A stretch of 40,031 nucleotides of DNA, from the sequence record SRR2962707_2248; one strand, 5' to 3'. Shown one piece after another: positions 36,105 to 40,031 of the stretch. The notes below the pieces were generated by a model. The model saw only the letters and a program-made list of their open reading frames with translations. It was not told where the DNA came from and made no database searches. Within the stretch, counting starts at the first letter, position 1; each line of letters starts with the position of its first letter. Position numbers and translations under genes: made by a program.

Positions 36105-36524
36105 ATGAACGCTCAAATGATACAACACAATTCTCAGGAAGAAGTATCCCCCCTCAGAGTTGTAAAAAGTGATTTGAAAATATTCACTGTCCGATACATG
36201 GAAACACTGAACCTGATCCTTGCTACAGGCTGGAGCATCACGGACGATGCGTGGATCAAATACTGCCAGATGATATCGGACATTGATCTTCATCTCAGAA
36301 GAAATGAAGAACTGAATATCTACTTCAAGCTGGAGCTATTCAATGCTTCATCGGCAACCTACATTTTTAAGATCATCAAAAGACTGAATGAGGCGCACAA
36401 AAAAGGAAAAGCCGTGAAGATCTATTGGAACTGTGCATCTGCGTACCATGATGCTGCGATTTTGGAAGCTGGTTTGGATATGGCGGGTATGTGTGACTTC
36501 AAGTTTCAGATTACCGAAGCATAG
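36105..36524 (+). CDS. SiaC/DUF1987-like protein
   Basis: ATGWSITDD, FKLELFNASSATYIFKIIKRL, VKIYW and LEAGLD resemble the SiaC pattern F.LEYFNTSS...V.I.W...E.G.D. Confidence 0.65.
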   Translation: MNAQMIQHNSQEEVSPLRVVKSDLKIFTVRYMETLNLILATGWSITDDAWIKYCQMISDIDLHLRRNEELNIYFKLELFNASSATYIFKIIKRLNEAHKKGKAVKIYWNCASAYHDAAILEAGLDMAGMCDFKFQITEA

Positions 36525-36546
36525 ATCAAGAAAACCACTGAAGACC

Positions 36547-36978
36547 ATGAAAAACCTACTAATCATATTCGTCGCGCTTATAGGAGCATCGTTTACAGGC
36601 GCTGCTCAAACGATCTCCGGACAGGCATACCTTCAAAATACCGTGATGGGTTTACAGAAGGGGTATGGCCTGAGAGTGCAGACAAACAAAGGATTGGGGA
36701 TTGGACTGATACATCAGTCGAATCTGAAATCGACGATGGAGGGAGTAGATGAGAAGTATCCCTTTTATGGAATCGAAACCATTGTGCCATTGACTAAGTG
36801 TGGAAACATGCGATTCTTCCTCACCCCAAAGGCCGGGTTTGTAAACGAAGACTTCTTCGTGCTCATCCCGGAGGTAGAGACAGAGATCAAAATCACAGAC
36901 ACATTCTCTGCAGCCATCACAGCAGGCATCCGCGCTCGAGAGTCTTCAACCGGCATTAAACTATTGGTTCACCTGTAA
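36547..36978 (+). CDS. Secreted hypothetical protein, probable paralog of 35608-36069
   Basis: Start MKNLLIIF at 36547. AYLQNTVMGLQKG, FYGIETIVPL and GFVNEDFFVLIP parallel TYVEKTHMSPKTG, FAGIYFAVPI and GMSNGENFVITP. Confidence 0.6.
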   Translation: MKNLLIIFVALIGASFTGAAQTISGQAYLQNTVMGLQKGYGLRVQTNKGLGIGLIHQSNLKSTMEGVDEKYPFYGIETIVPLTKCGNMRFFLTPKAGFVNEDFFVLIPEVETEIKITDTFSAAITAGIRARESSTGIKLLVHL

Positions 36979-36988
36979 GCTACAAGTC

Positions 36989-37567
36989 ATGAAAGGATTA
37001 CTGAATACACTCGTGAGATCACAAATAATAGGCCTGGCGATCATGCTGTTTGCCTGCGAACCAGCGATGGAAGATCCATATGAGAACTTCATCATACCTG
37101 CAGGCAAGCATGACAATGGCTGGAAGATACAATCCCTTCAGTCGAAGACGCTGAATTTCACTGCCATTTTTGATCAGTCGGCGATTTATGAAACACTCAC
37201 CACCGAAAATCAACATGACATCAATAAGCTCATGGGCTTTTCGGATTGCAATTCGATGCACCATGAAAACAGTGTCCGCTTCGGTTGGCGCTGGCTGGAT
37301 GACAAACTCGAGATTCATGCTTACGCCTATGTAAATGGGGAGCGTATCACTGAGTATATCGGTGATGTGGAGCTGGATAAACCAACAGACTATCAGCTGC
37401 AGATCACCGATGATCACTATGTCTTCTATCTGCAGGGATATGACCCTGTGCTGATCAAAAGAGAGGCGCCCTGTAGCAAAGGACTTTACTACATGCTATA
37501 TCCATACTTCGGTGGGGATGAGGTAGCCCCTCATGACATACTCATTCAAATTTTGACCAAATACTAA
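36989..37567 (+). CDS. Hypothetical lipoprotein, beta-rich
   Basis: Lipobox LFAC, INKLMGFSDC, HHENSVRFGWRW, LYPYFGGDEVAPHD. Confidence 0.6.
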   Translation: MKGLLNTLVRSQIIGLAIMLFACEPAMEDPYENFIIPAGKHDNGWKIQSLQSKTLNFTAIFDQSAIYETLTTENQHDINKLMGFSDCNSMHHENSVRFGWRWLDDKLEIHAYAYVNGERITEYIGDVELDKPTDYQLQITDDHYVFYLQGYDPVLIKREAPCSKGLYYMLYPYFGGDEVAPHDILIQILTKY

Positions 37568-37588
37568 AAAACATAATTAAGAACTTAA

Positions 37589-37969
37589 ATGACTACCACC
37601 ATGCAAGTACTAAAAACAGAAACACCAAACATTAAAGATCGGATAGATCAATTTGAAGGGAGCATTTTCCTAAACGTAGGAAAGCAGATTCAACGGGTAT
37701 CGCTGAAAAGCATTGAGTACATCAAGGGGTATGGAGATTACATGAAAGTGAAGTGTAAAGAGAAAAGCCATACGGTACATATTACTATGAAGAGTTTGCA
37801 GAAGATCCTTCCTTCATCAGATTTTTATCGGGTACATAAATCATACATCATCCGACTGGATAAGATTGATAACCTGTCATCATCTCACGTGCAGATCAAT
37901 GACACACACATCCCGATAAGTAGAAATAACAAGCAGGAGTTGCTTTCGCTCATTCCGTGGGTGAAATAG
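37589..37969 (+). CDS. Stand-alone LytTR DNA-binding domain protein
   Basis: IEYIKGYGDY, FYRVHKSYII, IPISR. No receiver domain. Confidence 0.88.
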   Translation: MTTTMQVLKTETPNIKDRIDQFEGSIFLNVGKQIQRVSLKSIEYIKGYGDYMKVKCKEKSHTVHITMKSLQKILPSSDFYRVHKSYIIRLDKIDNLSSSHVQINDTHIPISRNNKQELLSLIPWVK

Positions 37970-37971
37970 AT

Positions 37972-38177
37972 ATGTGTTTTTTGGTGGTTAGTAAACAGGG
38001 CGGCTCGAAAGTGAGTCGCTCTTTACTCCTTCAAAAACAGCGAATGATAACCTCCATAAATACGGCTGCATGAGAATAAAACTAAACACCAAATCAAGGA
38101 TTTGTTTATTGCAGCATTAAGGCATGTGTTTTTTGGTGGTTAGTAAGAGTGGCTCAGAGATGGGTCGCTCTTTTTTA
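37972..38177 (+). repeat. Duplicated 3' element (23-bp identical leader followed by a terminator-like hairpin)
   Basis: ATGTGTTTTTTGGTGGTTAGTAA at 37972-37994 and 38124-38146, each followed by a GGCTC...GTCGCTCTTT hairpin. Confidence 0.7.
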
Positions 38178-38223
38178 AAAGCTTTTAAGAGTAGGTGCAA
38201 ACCTTGGTAGTATATTTCTTAGT

Positions 38224-38251
38224 AAAAAGTCCGCGTTGAGCGGACTTTTTT
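38224..38251. terminator. Bidirectional Rho-independent terminator
   Basis: AAAAAGTCCGC-GTTGA-GCGGACTTTTTT. Confidence 0.8.
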
Positions 38252-38286
38252 GATTTAATAGAGACTCCTGAGAGTCACATAAAGAG

Positions 38287-38664
38287 TTAACTGGTTGGTA
38301 TAACGTACGATCTCATTTCCTTAATGGTATTAGAGCCTGCACTGGTAAACTGATACACATCGCAAAAGGCGTATGTTTTACCACCCATTATTATTTCTCC
38401 GTTCAAAGCAGCTTCTGTACCATGAGTCACGATGGAGTGCACAATTACTTCATCCGCGACATAATCTTTCATGATATTGATTTCTTTGGCAAAATCTGAT
38501 TTTCCTTCAAATTTCCTGTCTCCATACATATACCAGTGGATATCGTCACTTACATTATCAATAATGAATTCCGCATTTCCGGTAGCAAAGGCAACATTGA
38601 AATCTTTAAGAAACTCTTTCTTTGGTGAGTTACCGCAATCTGCTTTAATGGTAATTTTCGTCAT
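38287..38664 (-). CDS. SnoaL/NTF2-like protein
   Basis: Motifs CGNSPKKEFLKDFNVAFA, SDDIHW, THG, FCDVYQF. Confidence 0.75.
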   Translation of the reverse strand: MTKITIKADCGNSPKKEFLKDFNVAFATGNAEFIIDNVSDDIHWYMYGDRKFEGKSDFAKEINIMKDYVADEVIVHSIVTHGTEAALNGEIIMGGKTYAFCDVYQFTSAGSNTIKEMRSYVIPTS

Positions 38665-38669
38665 AGTTA

Positions 38670-39044
38670 TTACTTGATCAGATGTACATATTTTTCTTTG
38701 TTCTCAATGATCACCCACACAAGAATGGCAGCCATTATCACTGGTATGGTTAGTCCGATTCCGAGTGTAAAGTGGTGGGCAAGGATGCCAAACATGATAG
38801 GAGTGATAATCACCGCACCAAGTGGTCGAAGCTTTGGGATAATGAAAAACACTCCTCCAACGATCTCAAAAGCCGCAAGGAGTGGCATAAGCCACGTGAT
38901 TTTCATCATGGCTGTAAACATGTTCATTGCCTCTTGCGGCATATCTTCCGGCACAGGTATGTAGTTAAAGAACTTGTTCAGGCCGGCATTAATGAACATA
39001 AGTCCAAACAGCAGGCAGATTACAAATAGGATTTTATTTTTCAT
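38670..39044 (-). CDS. DoxX family membrane protein
   Basis: FGLMFINAGLNKF, EIVGG, four hydrophobic helices. Confidence 0.85.
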   Translation of the reverse strand: MKNKILFVICLLFGLMFINAGLNKFFNYIPVPEDMPQEAMNMFTAMMKITWLMPLLAAFEIVGGVFFIIPKLRPLGAVIITPIMFGILAHHFTLGIGLTIPVIMAAILVWVIIENKEKYVHLIK

Positions 39045-39062
39045 ATTGATACTTTTTATGAA

Positions 39063-39470
39063 TTAAGCAGGCATCTGACTTGGATCCATCCAGAAAAACT
39101 CCCAGCAGTTTCCATCCGGATCATCGATACTTCTGCCGTACATGAAACCGTGATCTTCAGCTTCTTTATATTCATTTGCACCGGCATTTACCGCTTTTTC
39201 AATCATATCATTAACTTCATCTTTACTTTCTAGCTGAATAGCATTGATTGCTCCGCAAGCTTTAGATGTGTCCGCCACCTCTTTATGTGGAATGAAAGAT
39301 TGAAATCGTTCAGTCTCCAGAAGCATGAAGATGATTCCTTCATCCACGATCATTGAAGTAGAAGTCTCATCCGAAAACTGCTCATTGAAAGTGAAACCGA
39401 GTTTTGAGAAAAATTCTTTAGAACGTTCCAGATCCTTGATCGGAAGGTTTACATACAGTTGTTTTTTCAT
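39063..39470 (-). CDS. VOC/glyoxalase family protein
   Basis: Start MKKQLYVNLPIKDLERS at 39470; DHGFMYGRS..DPDGN.WE. Confidence 0.88.
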   Translation of the reverse strand: MKKQLYVNLPIKDLERSKEFFSKLGFTFNEQFSDETSTSMIVDEGIIFMLLETERFQSFIPHKEVADTSKACGAINAIQLESKDEVNDMIEKAVNAGANEYKEAEDHGFMYGRSIDDPDGNCWEFFWMDPSQMPA

Positions 39471-39475
39471 TTTGA

Positions 39476-39892
39476 CTACTCTTTTGGCATATTTTCCCAA
39501 TCCATATAGATGATGTTCCATCGGTGACCGTCCGGATCTACCATGGCCATTCCATACATCCAGCCCTGTATTTTCTGTGGCCCGGAGTATACAGTGCCAC
39601 CTGCATCTTTGATTTTCTCAGTGATCTCGTCTACATAGCTGCTATTTGGTGCACTCACAGAGATCAAAAATTCACTTCCCTCTGATGTATCCGATATTTT
39701 ATGTTGAGTGTACTGTTGCAATTGAGCTTCTTCTACCATCATCACTGGTACTTTCCCAATGGTAAAGCCAATCATTCCGGGTGAGTCTCTCGTAGACTCA
39801 AAACCCAGTGAGGTGAAGAATGCTCGGCTTTTCTCTAAATCTTTTACCGGTAGGTTTATCCATAGTTCTTGTTCCATAGTGATAGTTTTCAT
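39476..39892 (-). CDS. VOC/glyoxalase family protein (tandem paralog)
   Basis: WINLPVKDLEKSRAFF, GWMYG...DPDGHRWN. Confidence 0.88.
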   Translation of the reverse strand: MKTITMEQELWINLPVKDLEKSRAFFTSLGFESTRDSPGMIGFTIGKVPVMMVEEAQLQQYTQHKISDTSEGSEFLISVSAPNSSYVDEITEKIKDAGGTVYSGPQKIQGWMYGMAMVDPDGHRWNIIYMDWENMPKE

Positions 39893-40002
39893 TTTCTGTA
39901 ATCCAAAGCTAGCAACGCAAATCGCCTTTATTGAAGTGTAATTACGGCAAACTGAGGGGTTGATCGCGACATGACGTTTAGCTAATTTAGTTTTTGAAAT
40001 TA

Positions 40003-40031
40003 ACCCACCCCCAGCCCCTCCGAGGAGGGGA
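40003..40031 (+). repeat. Truncated REP-like element at the window edge
   Basis: ACCCACCCCCAGCCCCTCC-GA-GGAGGGGA resembles the left hairpin of copies A-D. Confidence 0.55.

Overview
Chromosomal window from a Bacteroidota bacterium, probably a Cytophagales member (SusC/SusD pair, TAnnTTTG promoters, DUF6261-like gene). Bases 1-19.7 kb are mostly housekeeping or common genes: ftsK (partial), a RelE/ParE-type TA pair, pyrD, xerD, aroQ, an EF-hand protein, an AAC(6')-I-like acetyltransferase, a VPS10/BNR protein, an acetamidase, ArsC, a quinone reductase, susCD, VOC, pirin, an FKBP PPIase and MscS. Bases 19.7-30.5 kb form a large co-oriented signalling cluster. It starts with a histidine kinase whose N-terminus has all seven ETR1 ethylene/Cu-binding residues. 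It continues with an Rcp1-like receiver, a REC-PAS-HisKA_3 kinase, a NarL regulator and a multi-PAS sigma54 activator. After the activator come two palindromic UAS-like sites and a -24/-12-like promoter in front of a STAS-like gene and a paralogous copy of the hybrid kinase. Bases 31.6-35.4 kb are an accessory islet punctuated by REP/REPIN-like palindromes. It carries a DUF559 nuclease, a DUF6261-like gene preceded by a non-coding 40-bp-period palindrome array, a stand-alone SIR2-like gene and a hydrolase. The end of the window has an uncharacterised SiaC/LytTR operon, repeated sRNA-like 3' elements and a VOC/DoxX/SnoaL cluster. All product calls come from motif recognition by eye; no database searches were run.
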